A DNA stretch of 64,000 bases from Myxococcales bacterium (GCA_016794505.1 JAEUJZ010000141.1:18204-82203); one strand, 5' to 3'. Positions 9,281 through 19,684 are shown, counted from the stretch's first letter. Program-made: numbers and translations. Notes: generated from the sequence alone by a model not told the origin.

Positions 9281-10149
9281 GTGACAGCCCGCCGCTGTTG
9301 CCCGCACACGAAGAGAAACGCATGCCGTTTCTCGAACACCTGGGCGAGCTTCGCGATCGCGTGCGTAACAGCGCCTTCGCCGTGCTGTTTGCCGTCGTCG
9401 GCTGCTACATCTTCCGCGTCCGCATCTTCGCTTGGCTGGCCCTTCCCCTGGCATCCGCGTTCAAGCACGCGGAGTCGCTGGGGATCAAAGGCAAGGTCAT
9501 CTACATCAGCCCGATGGAGCAGTTCATGGTCTATCTGAAGACTGCTCTGGTGGCGTCGATCTTTGTCGCCTCGCCGGCCATCTTCCATCAGCTGTGGGCC
9601 TTCATTGCGCCGGGGCTGTACCCGCACGAGCGTCGCTGGGCGCTGCCGTTTGTGTTCTCAGCCGTGCTGTTGTTCGCCGGAGGAGGCCTGTTCTGTTACT
9701 TCTTCGTCCTGCCGCCTGGATATGAGTTCTTCATGACCAGCGGGCGGCTCAACCCCGACGAGCTAAAGCAGCTGGGCGAGGTTGCTGAGCTGTTTCTGCG
9801 CATCGAGCCGAACATCTCGATGGACGAATACTATGGCCTGACGCTGATGCTGCTTTTGGTCTTCGGTCTCGTCTTTGAGCTGCCGCTGGTGCTGGCCGTC
9901 TTGGCGATGCTGGGCATCGTCTCGGCGGGCTCGCTGTGGCGCTGGAATCGCTACGCCATCTTGGTATTTGCCGTCTGTGGAGCGATCCTCACGCCCGGTG
10001 ACTTGGTGGTGGGTCAGCTGGCGATGACCGGTTCGCTGACCGTGCTTTACAACGTGAGCATCGTCATCGCGTGGCTGGTACAGAGAAAGCGGAGAGATAC
10101 CGATGAGGCTGGCGACGACCCCGCCGCTTCCGAGGCCCCTGATGCGTAG
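9277..10149 (+). CDS. tatC: Twin-arginine translocase subunit TatC
   Basis: Contains MPFLEHLGELRDRV..., six hydrophobic segments and a typical TatC length of 290 aa. It directly follows tatB. Confidence 0.9.
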   Translation: MSDSPPLLPAHEEKRMPFLEHLGELRDRVRNSAFAVLFAVVGCYIFRVRIFAWLALPLASAFKHAESLGIKGKVIYISPMEQFMVYLKTALVASIFVASPAIFHQLWAFIAPGLYPHERRWALPFVFSAVLLFAGGGLFCYFFVLPPGYEFFMTSGRLNPDELKQLGEVAELFLRIEPNISMDEYYGLTLMLLLVFGLVFELPLVLAVLAMLGIVSAGSLWRWNRYAILVFAVCGAILTPGDLVVGQLAMTGSLTVLYNVSIVIAWLVQRKRRDTDEAGDDPAASEAPDA

Positions 10150-11539
10150 CCATCTGGCTGCTCGTCGTGGTTACGTCGGCTGGTTGCGCGGTTTTGGCCT
10201 CGTGTGTGTGGGTGTGTTGTTTGCGATGGTGCTGCACAGTTCTACGCCTGCTTCCGAGGCCTCGACACCCCCAGCCGCGGCGCCCCGCGCTCCCGAAGAT
10301 CGCTGGGTGGCGCTGCGGTTTGGCCGCTTGGTGGAAGCCAGCGGTCGCGTGGTCCGCGATGCCGTCATCGTCGTGCGCAACGATCGCATCTTCGCCGTCG
10401 GAGGGCCTGAGACAGCCATCCCGCCCAACGCCGCCTACGTCGATCTGAGCCGTCTGACCGCAATCCCTGGACTGATCGATGTGCATACGCACCTGACGTA
10501 TTACTGGGACCAGCGCGATCCGATGCGGCCCTGGGAACAGCTAGTAAGTCGACTGCCCGCGATGAGCGTCTTTCTGGCGCAAGAGAACGCGCGCAAGACG
10601 CTCGAAGTTGGAGTCACCACCGTCCGCGATCTGGGCAGCTTCGAGCAGATGGACATCGCCATGCGTGATCTGATCCAGCGGGGCGCGATGCTGGGGCCGC
10701 GCATGCTGGTGTCGGGCTATGGCCTGCAGATCAGCGACGAGCTCCCCAAACAGTCGCGCGCCACGTTAGAGAGCGGACGCGCCGATGGCCCCGCCGAAGT
10801 CATGCGCGTCGTCCGCCAGCAGATCGGGGCAGGAGCCGACTGGATCAAGATGTATGGCTCGACGGGAAGCGGCGACGACGTATCTGGCCAGCAGACCTTT
10901 ACGTATGAAGAGATGAAAGCCGCCGTCGACGCGGCACACAACCTAGGCCGCAAGATCGCCATCCATTCCTATGGGGCAAGTGGCGCTCGCGATGCCGTGC
11001 GAGCCGGCGCAGACAGCGTCGAGCATGCCGTGGATCTAGACGACGCCACACTGCAAGAGATGGTGCGCCGCCGCATCTATTACGTGCCCACGATCGATCA
11101 CAACCGCTATTACATCGACAACGCCGTGGGCTTTGGCTACACGCCGGTTGCCGTCGAGCGCATGAAGAGCTTCCTTGCGCGCAACCTGCAGACGACGCGC
11201 CGCGCGCACCAGCTTGGCGTGCGAATCGCGATGGGCAGCGACGCCGTCATGACCATGTGTGGCCAGAATACGCGTGAGCTTGCCTGGTTCGTGCAAGCCG
11301 GGATGACGCCGCTTGCCGCCTTGGCCACCGCGACGACGCAGGCCGCCGCGCTGCTGGGCAAAGAAAAGATCCTGGGCAGCCTAGCCCCTGGCTATTTGGC
11401 CGATATTGTTGCGGTCGAGGGCGACCCGGTCACCGACGTGCGCTCAGTGATCTATGGCGTGCGCTGGGTGATGAAGGGGGGCGTGGTGGTCGTGAGCCGC
11501 ATCAGCGAGGAAAAGAATCAGCTGCGCATGGTTGACTGA
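10142..11539 (+). CDS. Amidohydrolase-family metal-dependent hydrolase with an N-terminal signal or anchor
   Basis: Contains IPGLIDVHTHL (the HxH metal site), IAIHSYG, DSVEHA and GSDA blocks of the amidohydrolase superfamily. The ORF opens at 10103. The ATG at 10142 overlaps the tatC stop and precedes a hydrophobic segment. Confidence 0.8.
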   Translation: MRSHLAARRGYVGWLRGFGLVCVGVLFAMVLHSSTPASEASTPPAAAPRAPEDRWVALRFGRLVEASGRVVRDAVIVVRNDRIFAVGGPETAIPPNAAYVDLSRLTAIPGLIDVHTHLTYYWDQRDPMRPWEQLVSRLPAMSVFLAQENARKTLEVGVTTVRDLGSFEQMDIAMRDLIQRGAMLGPRMLVSGYGLQISDELPKQSRATLESGRADGPAEVMRVVRQQIGAGADWIKMYGSTGSGDDVSGQQTFTYEEMKAAVDAAHNLGRKIAIHSYGASGARDAVRAGADSVEHAVDLDDATLQEMVRRRIYYVPTIDHNRYYIDNAVGFGYTPVAVERMKSFLARNLQTTRRAHQLGVRIAMGSDAVMTMCGQNTRELAWFVQAGMTPLAALATATTQAAALLGKEKILGSLAPGYLADIVAVEGDPVTDVRSVIYGVRWVMKGGVVVVSRISEEKNQLRMVD

Positions 11540-11684
11540 TGCAGCCGTTGGGGCATCCGCTGTCCTTTACCATGCCCTGAGCCGAAGCGGGCAGCGTCAG
11601 AGGCCTCTGCCACGAGATGCACCGACAGTCCCGGTATTCGCAGAGAGGTGCGTGGTATAGTCAAAACCCGGCGGACTCCTTGCG

Positions 11685-12845
11685 ATGACGATCATCTGTC
11701 CTCGGTGTGCTGCGCGGTTTTCAGTCGCTGGGTCAAGCGGCATTACGTGTCCGGCCTGTGGGGCGCGGCTCGCGCTGCGGGATGATCCGTCTCGACGGTC
11801 TTCGACGCCGGCAGCTACAACGCGTCGTCCGCATGCCGTGGCGCCGATCATCGACTTGCCAGTTCCCAAGCGGGCGCTGACCGTCACGCTAGAGCCACTG
11901 GTCAGCACGGCCCGTGTCTCGTCGAGTGTCCCTGGTATCGCGCTTGGCAAGCGTCCCGCTGCGCGGTCGCAAGAGCGCTGGCGTCTGCGCTCAGAGCAGC
12001 TCGCTGATCTGCCAGAGCCCGTCGGTGAAACGCCGCGGCCAGGGCGCAAAAGTGCCTCTGTGCCCGGCGCACCTGCGGCCAAGTTGACAGCCCCGACTCT
12101 TGCCCCCCCTGTCGTCGAGCGTGCGCCTCCGCGGATTCCCGTCACGCGGCCCGAGATTCCAGCCGGCCTGCCAGTCCGCGACGAGGAAGCGCTGGCGCGA
12201 GCGGCTGCAGGCGCGAGCCTCGCTGTGGCGGCGGCGACCAAGCAAGAATTGGCGCCGGTTGTCGCAGAGCGACCTGAAACACAGCCCCTTACGCCGACGG
12301 CAACGGACGTAACACGCGGCAAAGAGCCTGCCGCTCGTCCGCCTGAGCCAGCGCGGGTCGCCGTCGCCGCTCAACCCCTTGAGCCCGCCCCGCCTGTTGT
12401 CAGCGCAAGCCAGGCCCCGGCCGTGGTACCGGCCCGTGTCCCTGGGGCGATCCGTGAAGCCGCGCCGCCGGGCCCGACGATGGCCGGGACTGGTCAGGCC
12501 AAGGCGGTGGCTGCGCCTGAAAGGTCCGCGATCGAGGCACCAACGAAACGACCCGAGGCCAGCGAGGTACGAGGCACCGATGGCATCCCGGCAGCGGATC
12601 CGCCGCCTGCGGCCGCTGCAGACAGCACCCTGCGCGCAGGCGAGCCAGCGGGCCCTGGCACTAGCTCGGCAGACGCAGCGCCACCGGCTGATTCCGATGA
12701 GCCGACGCGCTCTGACGAGAACCAGGCGCCGCCTGACGTCGTTCCGCCGCCTGCGCTGCAGCTAGGCTGGGTGATCGCGGTGCTGCTCGGTCTCAGCGTA
12801 TTGCTGATTGTGTGGATCCTGTATCGCGCCAGCGTCGGACACTAA
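11685..12845 (+). CDS. MJ0042-type zinc-ribbon protein with a Pro/Ala-rich region and a C-terminal TM helix
   Basis: The N-terminus MTIICPRCAARFSV...ITCPACGARL has two CxxC pairs. A long P/A-rich low-complexity region follows. The C-terminal hydrophobic segment is WVIAVLLGLSVLLIVWILY. Confidence 0.7.
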   Translation: MTIICPRCAARFSVAGSSGITCPACGARLALRDDPSRRSSTPAATTRRPHAVAPIIDLPVPKRALTVTLEPLVSTARVSSSVPGIALGKRPAARSQERWRLRSEQLADLPEPVGETPRPGRKSASVPGAPAAKLTAPTLAPPVVERAPPRIPVTRPEIPAGLPVRDEEALARAAAGASLAVAAATKQELAPVVAERPETQPLTPTATDVTRGKEPAARPPEPARVAVAAQPLEPAPPVVSASQAPAVVPARVPGAIREAAPPGPTMAGTGQAKAVAAPERSAIEAPTKRPEASEVRGTDGIPAADPPPAAAADSTLRAGEPAGPGTSSADAAPPADSDEPTRSDENQAPPDVVPPPALQLGWVIAVLLGLSVLLIVWILYRASVGH

Positions 12846-13035
12846 AAGCCATCGACCAGGCGGCTTCTAGGTCCCCGAAATTCGCGGCACACGTGTCACG
12901 AGCGAATCCGCCTTGGCTGCTAGGCACGCTGAGGGAGCATGCCCGTCGGCATGTGACTCGATGAGCGGCGCCTGCGGGGCCAGCGCAAACAGGCCCGCCG
13001 CGACTGCTTGGGTCCGTACGCGCCCGGCGCGACGG

Positions 13036-13065
13036 TTGACAGTCAGACGGGAATGGGGTTATAGG
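13036..13065 (+). promoter_or_regulatory. Candidate sigma-70-type promoter upstream of ribF
   Basis: TTGACA at 13036-13041, an 18-nt spacer, then TATAGG at 13060-13065, about 12 nt before the GTG at 13077. This is pattern match only. The very short leader suggests the real ribF start may lie further downstream. Confidence 0.25.
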
Positions 13066-13076
13066 TCCGCGCCGAC

Positions 13077-14324
13077 GTGCTGATTGTCCTCGATCATCAG
13101 GCGCTGCGAAGGCTGTCCCCGGCGGAGCTTGGCGCCGGAAAGATAGTGCAAGCGTCGACCGCTTCATCGCCGACGCAGGCCGAAAAAAGCCCGCGCCAGC
13201 GGCGGGCCGTCGTGATTGGCAACTTCGACGGTGTACACCGCGGGCACCAAGAGCTCTTTACCCAAGCGCGGGCGCTGCTGCGCAGCCTGGCCCCGGATGG
13301 TCCCGAGGGGGCAGACGCTGGGCACGTGGTGGCCCTGACCTTCTGGCCGCACCCCACGCGCGTGCTGGCCCCCGCTGTGGCTCCGCCGCTTATCACATCG
13401 CGCCAGCGCCGTCGCGAGCTGCTTGCCGACTGCGGGGTCGATGTCCTGATCGAGCAGCCGTTCGATCTGCGCTTCGCAGCGCTGTCCCCGACGCAGTTTG
13501 TGTCCGAGCTGCTGCAAGACAGCCTGCAGGCGGATGCGGTCTGTGTCGGCTATGACTTCAACTTTGGCAAAGGGCGCAGCGGCAATGCCGAGACCCTGGC
13601 CACGCTGCTTTCAGAAGTGGGTATTCGCGGGCTGGTGGTGCCGGCGTTTGCGGTGCCGGCGCTGGATGACGTGGCCGGCGGTGCCGCACCGCTTCCCGAG
13701 AGCCCGACAACGATCTGTTCCTCGACGGGAATTCGCAAAGCTGTGCAAGGGGGAAAGCTTGCGCAGGCAGAGCGACTCTTGGGACGTCCCGTCGAGCTTG
13801 AAGGCGTGGTTGAGCATGGCGCAGCCCGCGGTCGCCAGCTGGGGTTTCCAACCGCCAACCTGCGGCCCGATGCCGAGCTGACGCCGGCCGTGGGAATCTA
13901 TGCCGCCTGGGTCGAGATCTTGGGGCCCATGCCGCCGGAAGCTGTCTCGACTTCCGGGGCCAGATCGCTGTTCTATCGGCCGGTTCTTGCCCGTCATCCA
14001 GCGGCGGTCAGCGTCGGTTATAATGCAACTTTCACTGCTCGCTCGACGGCAGCACCGACCGATTCGGCTTCGTCAGAGGGGGCAGCAGCGAGGGAATCCC
14101 ACCGCGGGGGAGGTCAAGCAGCGACATGGCCGCAGCTCAGCATCGAAGCGCACGTGATACAGCCGGCCGGCGCAGCGTGGCTCGATCTGTATGGTCAGAC
14201 GCTGCGCTTGACGCTTTTGGCCCGCCTGCGCGACGAAGAGCGCTTTGCGTCGGTCGACGCACTGCGCGCCCAGATCGCGGTCGATGTCGCTATGACGCGG
14301 CAGCTCCTTGGGGTGACGGGCTAG
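13077..14324 (+). CDS. ribF: Bifunctional riboflavin kinase / FMN adenylyltransferase
   Basis: Contains VVIGNFDGVHRGHQELF (FAD synthetase motif), FDLRFAALSPTQFV and GFPTANL (flavokinase domain). It is longer than usual because of inserts in the kinase half. The start codon is uncertain (GTG at 13077 or 13143). Confidence 0.85.
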   Translation: MLIVLDHQALRRLSPAELGAGKIVQASTASSPTQAEKSPRQRRAVVIGNFDGVHRGHQELFTQARALLRSLAPDGPEGADAGHVVALTFWPHPTRVLAPAVAPPLITSRQRRRELLADCGVDVLIEQPFDLRFAALSPTQFVSELLQDSLQADAVCVGYDFNFGKGRSGNAETLATLLSEVGIRGLVVPAFAVPALDDVAGGAAPLPESPTTICSSTGIRKAVQGGKLAQAERLLGRPVELEGVVEHGAARGRQLGFPTANLRPDAELTPAVGIYAAWVEILGPMPPEAVSTSGARSLFYRPVLARHPAAVSVGYNATFTARSTAAPTDSASSEGAAARESHRGGGQAATWPQLSIEAHVIQPAGAAWLDLYGQTLRLTLLARLRDEERFASVDALRAQIAVDVAMTRQLLGVTG

Positions 14325-14337
14325 GAGGCCACGGCGC

Positions 14338-15084
14338 ATGACGCAGCACGACGGTCGCAGGGCTTCACAGCCGACCGCGGAAGCACCCGCCAGTCCTGCA
14401 GTGCAGGCCTCGCTTCCAGAGTCGATCAGCGCTCTTCCCGAGACATACGGCGTCGATGAAGTCGGCGTCTTGTGCAAGGACCCGTGGTGGTACTTCGTGT
14501 ATTGGGAAGTAACGGATGCCGGTCTTCAGGCCGCCTGCGATCAGCTGGGTGTGTCGCTGGATCAAGCGCGCTTGGTGCTTCGCGTGCTCGTTGTCGCCGG
14601 AGAGCGTCGAGGCCGCGATCCGCGCGACATCCGCGATGTCCCCGTCGATCTCACGGCGCGGCACGGCCGGCGTTACTTGGAAGCGCCGCGCCAAAATGCC
14701 GTGTTTCGCGTCGCCATGGGCCTGCTCAGCGCCGAAGGACTGTTTGCGCCGATTGCGCACTCTCCGACGGTGCGAATGCCGCCGCAGCAGCCGAGCAGCG
14801 AGACGTCGATCGAGTGGCTGCATGTCTCGCCCGGTCGTGGAGACGGCCGCCAGCGCGAGCGAATCGTCGCCGCCAGCCACGTCCACAGCGAGCGGCTTGC
14901 ACCGCCCCGAGCGGCCGACGGCGAAAGCCATGGCAAGGGGGAAGATGGGCTGCCTGAGCACCGAGGTGTCGGAGGCGCCAGCGAGCTTGTGCCTGCTCTT
15001 CCGCCCGACAGAACCCAGGGCACCGAGGCCAAGGACAGGCCGGCAAGCGCCGAGGTTCGCCCAAAAAACAAGCGGGAGCCGTGA
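14338..15084 (+). CDS. DUF4912-like protein, the usual partner of GH57 glucan-branching enzymes
   Basis: The LPETYGVDEVGVLCKDPWWYFVYWEV block matches my memory of DUF4912. The stop overlaps the start of the GH57 gene (TGATG). Confidence 0.65.
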   Translation: MTQHDGRRASQPTAEAPASPAVQASLPESISALPETYGVDEVGVLCKDPWWYFVYWEVTDAGLQAACDQLGVSLDQARLVLRVLVVAGERRGRDPRDIRDVPVDLTARHGRRYLEAPRQNAVFRVAMGLLSAEGLFAPIAHSPTVRMPPQQPSSETSIEWLHVSPGRGDGRQRERIVAASHVHSERLAPPRAADGESHGKGEDGLPEHRGVGGASELVPALPPDRTQGTEAKDRPASAEVRPKNKREP

Positions 15085-16847
15085 TGCAGCCTACGCGACC
15101 AGCCGAGGACGAGCGAGACGCGGATGCCGGGGGCGACCTGGCCCTGGTGCTGCATGCCCACCTGCCGTTTGTGCGCCATCCCGAGCATGCGTACCACCTG
15201 GAAGAAAACTGGCTGTACGAGGCGCTGACGGCGACGTACCTGCCCTTGATTGAGGTCCTGCGTGACGTCCACAGCGAGCGACAGAAGGCCGCCGCCGATC
15301 CCGCCCGGCCGCTGCGCTTGACGCTGTCGCTGTCGCCGCCGCTTTGCACGATGCTGCGCGATCCGCTGCTTTTGTCTCGTTATCGCGCCTATGTCGATCG
15401 CCTGCTGCGGCTGGGCGATGAAGAGGTGGCGCGCAGCCTCGGTGATCCGGTGCTGCACAAGCTTGCGCGCTTCTATGTCGAGCGCTTCAGTCGCTTGGCG
15501 CAGCTTTTCCGTGAGATCGACGGCGATGTCCTTTCTGCGTTCGCCGTCCTTCAGGAAGCGGGCTGCCTGGACATCATCACCACCTGCGCCACCCATGGCT
15601 ATCTGCCGGTCATTCGCGAGCCAGCGGCCCGTCGAGCGCAGATCGCCGTGGCGATTCGTGCCTATCGCGGCTGGTTTGGTCGCTATCCCCGCGGCCTGTG
15701 GCTGCCCGAGTGTGGCTATGCCGACGGGGTGGATGGGCTCTTGGCCGAGCACGACCTGCGGTACTTTTTCACCGACGCGCACGGCCTGCTGTACGCGCGC
15801 CCGCGGCCCCCACTGGGTCTGCACGCGCCCATCTTTACGCCGGCTGGTGTGGCGGCGTTTGGCCGGGATCTAGAGTCCTCGCGCTCGGTCTGGTCGGCGA
15901 CTGAGGGGTATCCCGCAGATGGGGTCTATCGTGATTTTTATCGCGATATCGGATTCGATCGACCGCTATCGGTGATAGCGCCCTATATTCATCCAGATGG
16001 TATCCGCGTAAATACCGGGTTTAAATATCATCGAGTGACGGGGCCGCGGGTCGATCTGGCCGATAAAGAGCTGTACGACCCGGACGTGGCGCAGGCGCGT
16101 GCCGACGAACACGCGCGGGACTTCGTGCGCAAGCGCCGGCAGCAGCTCGTCTCGCTGAGCAAGCGGATGGAGCGGCCGCCGATCGTGGTCTCGCCCTATG
16201 ACGCCGAGCTGTTTGGCCACTGGTGGTTCGAAGGGCCGCTGTTTCTGCGTGGGGTGCTGCGCCGCTTGTGCGGGCTGGTTCGCGACGACGATTCCGGTGA
16301 AGCGGGCACCGCCGGAGGGGCGAGTGGCCTCGCATTTTCCGGGATTCGCATGAACACTGCGACCGGCTATCTGGCCGAGTATCCCGTCAACGCCGTGTGC
16401 GAGCCGGCCCCGTCATCGTGGGGCGAGGGCGGCTATTCCGCGGTATGGGTCGACAGCGCCAATGACTGGATCTATCGCCATGTGCATCGCGCTGAGGCCC
16501 AGCTCCACGAGCTAGCCAGCCGCTACGCGGGGACCACGGATGACGTTCTGCGGCGGGCCTTAAATCAGCTCGCGCGCGAGCTGCTTTTGGCGCAGTCCTC
16601 GGACTGGGCCTTCATCCTGAAGACCGGCACCGCCGTCAAGTACGCGACCGAGCGACTGAAGAGCCACCTGTCGCGCTTTCAGCAGCTGGCGCGTCCACTC
16701 AGTCAGCTCGGCGAGTCGAACGCAGCGACGGGATCAGCCCGTGGCGATGGGTCCGCCGCCCCGCCGTCCATCGATGCTGACGCGCTGGCCGAGCTAGAGC
16801 GGCACGACAACATCTTCCCCGATATCGATTTCCGTCTGTACGCCTAG
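15084..16847 (+). CDS. Glycoside hydrolase family 57 / DUF1957 1,4-alpha-glucan branching enzyme-like protein
   Basis: Contains LVLHAHLPFVRHPE, CATHGYLP, LWLPECGY, SPYDAELFGHWWFEG and SSDWAF, which are characteristic GH57 branching-enzyme blocks. Confidence 0.85.
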   Translation: MQPTRPAEDERDADAGGDLALVLHAHLPFVRHPEHAYHLEENWLYEALTATYLPLIEVLRDVHSERQKAAADPARPLRLTLSLSPPLCTMLRDPLLLSRYRAYVDRLLRLGDEEVARSLGDPVLHKLARFYVERFSRLAQLFREIDGDVLSAFAVLQEAGCLDIITTCATHGYLPVIREPAARRAQIAVAIRAYRGWFGRYPRGLWLPECGYADGVDGLLAEHDLRYFFTDAHGLLYARPRPPLGLHAPIFTPAGVAAFGRDLESSRSVWSATEGYPADGVYRDFYRDIGFDRPLSVIAPYIHPDGIRVNTGFKYHRVTGPRVDLADKELYDPDVAQARADEHARDFVRKRRQQLVSLSKRMERPPIVVSPYDAELFGHWWFEGPLFLRGVLRRLCGLVRDDDSGEAGTAGGASGLAFSGIRMNTATGYLAEYPVNAVCEPAPSSWGEGGYSAVWVDSANDWIYRHVHRAEAQLHELASRYAGTTDDVLRRALNQLARELLLAQSSDWAFILKTGTAVKYATERLKSHLSRFQQLARPLSQLGESNAATGSARGDGSAAPPSIDADALAELERHDNIFPDIDFRLYA

Positions 16848-17142
16848 CATCCTGGGGGGCCAGGCCTGTGGGCGACGTGGGCGGGGGGGCTGCTCGTATC
16901 GCCCGCTGCGGGGAAGCCCTTCGCTGCTTCCGGTGGAGACCCGCTCTAAGCGCGGGTGGCGGCGAAATTTTTTCGGGCCGCTGGCCCCATAGCATGGGCA
17001 GGTGGGCGCGGATTCCGTCGCTGTTCGATAGACATCCCACACCGTCTTCACGTAAAATCGTCGCGGGAAATCAGCGTGTTTTGCCTCACACAGACAGGGT
17101 CCCCCTGCCATTGCGGAGCCTTCGATCAGCCTGCTAACTGAC

Positions 17143-19638
17143 ATGATCGGCGAGTACATCGGGAACTATCGCCTGACACGCCTGCTCGGCGAAGGCGGCA
17201 TGGGCATGGTGTACCAAGCCGTCCACGACGGCGTCGGTGGCCAAGCGGCGATCAAGATCCTGCGTCCCGAGGTCGCGCAGAAAAAAGACGCGACGACTCG
17301 TCTGTTCAACGAAGCGCGGGCGGCGAACTCGATCCCGCACCCCGGCATCGTGCGCATCTTTGACTGCGGGTACACCAGCCAAGGCGTCGCCTACTTGGCG
17401 ATGGAATACCTGGCTGGCGAGTCGCTGCGTGCTCGCATCGATCGCGAGCGCTCGCTGTCGGTGGCCGACGCCGTGCGCATCGCGCGCCAGATCGCATCGG
17501 TGCTGCAGGCTGCGCACTCGCGCCAGGTTGTGCATCGCGATCTCAAGCCCGACAACATCATGCTGGTGCCGGATCCCGAGCTTCCCGGCGGCGAGCGCGT
17601 GAAGCTGCTCGACTTTGGCGTCGCCAAGCTGGCCGAGACGCTGAATGCCGAGCCGATGCTGACGCGCAGCGACATGCTGATGGGCACGCCGACGTACATG
17701 GCGCCCGAGCAGTGCCGAGGGGCCAAGCATGTGACCGATCGCTCCGATGTCTACTCGCTGGGCGTGATCCTGTACCAGATGCTGGCCGGCGCACCGCCGT
17801 TTGCAGGGGACACGGTGGGCGAGCTGATCGCCATGCACTTGACAGACTCCGAGCCCGCGCTGACCGAGATCGCCCCGCATGTCGATCCCGAGATCTGTAC
17901 GCTGGTTCACTTGATGCTTCGCAAGAAACCGACGGAGCGTCCCAGCGTCGAAGCCGTCGCGCAAGAGCTCAAGCGCCTGCTGATCTTGACCTCGCAGGCC
18001 GAGGGCATGTCGCCTGTACAGGCTCGCCGTATGGCCTCTGAGACGGCCATTGCGCTCTTGCCGCCGCTTTCTCCCGAGGCGCAGGCGCTCTTGCGGGGCA
18101 ACACGGCGCCGCCGACGCTTTCGGGGGGCGACTCGGGGCCGACGCGCACGCCGCAGCCAGCGCCTCTCGCTGCCGTGGTTGGCGCGACGGCTGCCGCTGC
18201 ACGGGACGCGAAGTCCAAAGCGGCGGGGGCTAGCCAGTCGACGATGGGGCGTATTGCGACGCTGCCCCAGCGCCAAGCCAGCCGGGCCAAGCCGTCGGCA
18301 GAGGGTGCGGATCCAGCGCTGTCTTCGACATGGGATGGTGATGCTTTCGGTCGCTTGCTGCCGCCCGGAATGGATCGTCCGTCGGATGTCGCGGTTCATC
18401 CCCTGGCCGTGACCGATCGACGAATTGATGCGCCACCGGCTCCGGCTCCGGCTCCAGTATCAGCCTCGGCATCGGGTTCGGCGCTGGCCGCGGTATCGGG
18501 TTCGGCGCTGGCCTCGGCATCGGCGCCGAGCGATCCTGAAGCCACCCCACCGCTGGCCAGTGTGCCGCCCGCCAAGCTGACTTCAGCGGACACACCAAAG
18601 CGCGGAGAGCTCACACCGGCAGGCGGCCCCAGTGCCGCTTCTGCGACGCCGGCCAGGCCTCCTCTATCGAAGACCTCGTCTGTGCTTTCGTGGTCGTTGG
18701 GCGCGCTGCTGCTGGTCGGTGCGACGGCTTTGGTCTGGTCGCTTGTGCGGTCGGACTCATCGTTGCCAGCGACGGGTTTGTCGCTCGATATGGCTCCGGC
18801 CACGCAGGGCGGCGGTGTGGCGCTCAAGCGGCCAAGCTCGGGCGATCCGCATCCAAAAGAAGGGGCCAAGCCGTCGCTGCCAATCGCTGCTCCCGTCGTC
18901 GAGACGGGGCCTGATGCAGGGGTGTCGGGCCCGCGTGACGCCGCCGTTTCCCCCGAGAGCCAGCCCGGCAAACTAAAAGGCAGCGCAGCTGCGGACAGCG
19001 GCAGCAAGGCTGCGATCAGCAGTCCGGTCAGCGACAGCAAGAGCGACGCGAAGAAGGCAGCGCTTTTGGCGGATGCCAGCCAAAGTGCTGCCTGGTCGGC
19101 GCTGCGCGCCAAGCAGTACGCCGAGGCGCAGCGCCAGTCGCAGGGCTGTATCGACAAGCAGCCGAACAACTATCGCTGCTGGTGGATGCTGGGCATCGCG
19201 GCCTGTCAGCAGGGCGACGCGAGCCTTCCGGGGCAGGCTCGCGGGCGCTTGCTGTCGTTGGGCAGGGCGGCTCTCGCCAAAGAGGTCGACGCGGCGTGTA
19301 CCCGCAAGACCAGTGGCCAGGCTGCCGAAGTCAGCTTGGGGTCCCTGCGCCTGCGCGACGACAAAGAAGAGTGGCTGAATACCGCAAGCGGTCTGTTTGA
19401 GTCGGGGCGCTATCAGCAAGCGCAGGCGCTGGCCGAAAAGAACGTCGCGCAGTCGCCCACCGATGCCTGGCTGATGATCGGTCGCACGGCCTGCGCATTG
19501 GGCAATGAAGAAAAGGCAAACGACGCGCTAAATAAAGTAAAAGACCGCGGCGCGCGTGGAGATATCGTTTATTACTGCGTCGGCAAAGGATTTGCCTATA
19601 GTCTTTCCAGTGGTATATTGTCAAAGCGAGAAAAATAG
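17143..19638 (+). CDS. Ser/Thr protein kinase with a TM segment and a C-terminal TPR-like extracytoplasmic domain
   Basis: Contains GEGGMGMVYQA, AIKIL, HRDLKPDNIML, DFGVAK and GTPTYMAPEQ. A P/A/S-rich linker holds a 24-nt tandem unit at about 18470-18520. The TM segment is VLSWSLGALLLVGATALVWSLV. The C-terminal helical repeats include two CxxG-type pairs. Confidence 0.9.
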   Translation: MIGEYIGNYRLTRLLGEGGMGMVYQAVHDGVGGQAAIKILRPEVAQKKDATTRLFNEARAANSIPHPGIVRIFDCGYTSQGVAYLAMEYLAGESLRARIDRERSLSVADAVRIARQIASVLQAAHSRQVVHRDLKPDNIMLVPDPELPGGERVKLLDFGVAKLAETLNAEPMLTRSDMLMGTPTYMAPEQCRGAKHVTDRSDVYSLGVILYQMLAGAPPFAGDTVGELIAMHLTDSEPALTEIAPHVDPEICTLVHLMLRKKPTERPSVEAVAQELKRLLILTSQAEGMSPVQARRMASETAIALLPPLSPEAQALLRGNTAPPTLSGGDSGPTRTPQPAPLAAVVGATAAAARDAKSKAAGASQSTMGRIATLPQRQASRAKPSAEGADPALSSTWDGDAFGRLLPPGMDRPSDVAVHPLAVTDRRIDAPPAPAPAPVSASASGSALAAVSGSALASASAPSDPEATPPLASVPPAKLTSADTPKRGELTPAGGPSAASATPARPPLSKTSSVLSWSLGALLLVGATALVWSLVRSDSSLPATGLSLDMAPATQGGGVALKRPSSGDPHPKEGAKPSLPIAAPVVETGPDAGVSGPRDAAVSPESQPGKLKGSAAADSGSKAAISSPVSDSKSDAKKAALLADASQSAAWSALRAKQYAEAQRQSQGCIDKQPNNYRCWWMLGIAACQQGDASLPGQARGRLLSLGRAALAKEVDAACTRKTSGQAAEVSLGSLRLRDDKEEWLNTASGLFESGRYQQAQALAEKNVAQSPTDAWLMIGRTACALGNEEKANDALNKVKDRGARGDIVYYCVGKGFAYSLSSGILSKREK

Positions 19639-19684
19639 CAAAATAATAATCTATGTATTTGATATATAAAAGCGGACTAGGGCG

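Noticed and set aside
14673-15824. 383-aa minus-strand ORF
   Set aside because: It is antisense to the DUF4912-like and GH57 genes, both of which have clear family motifs on the plus strand.
17134-18399. 421-aa minus-strand ORF antisense to the kinase gene at 17143-19638
   Set aside because: The plus strand carries a complete, motif-perfect Hanks kinase domain here. The antisense translation is Arg/Ala/Pro-rich nonsense, typical of shadow ORFs in GC-rich DNA.
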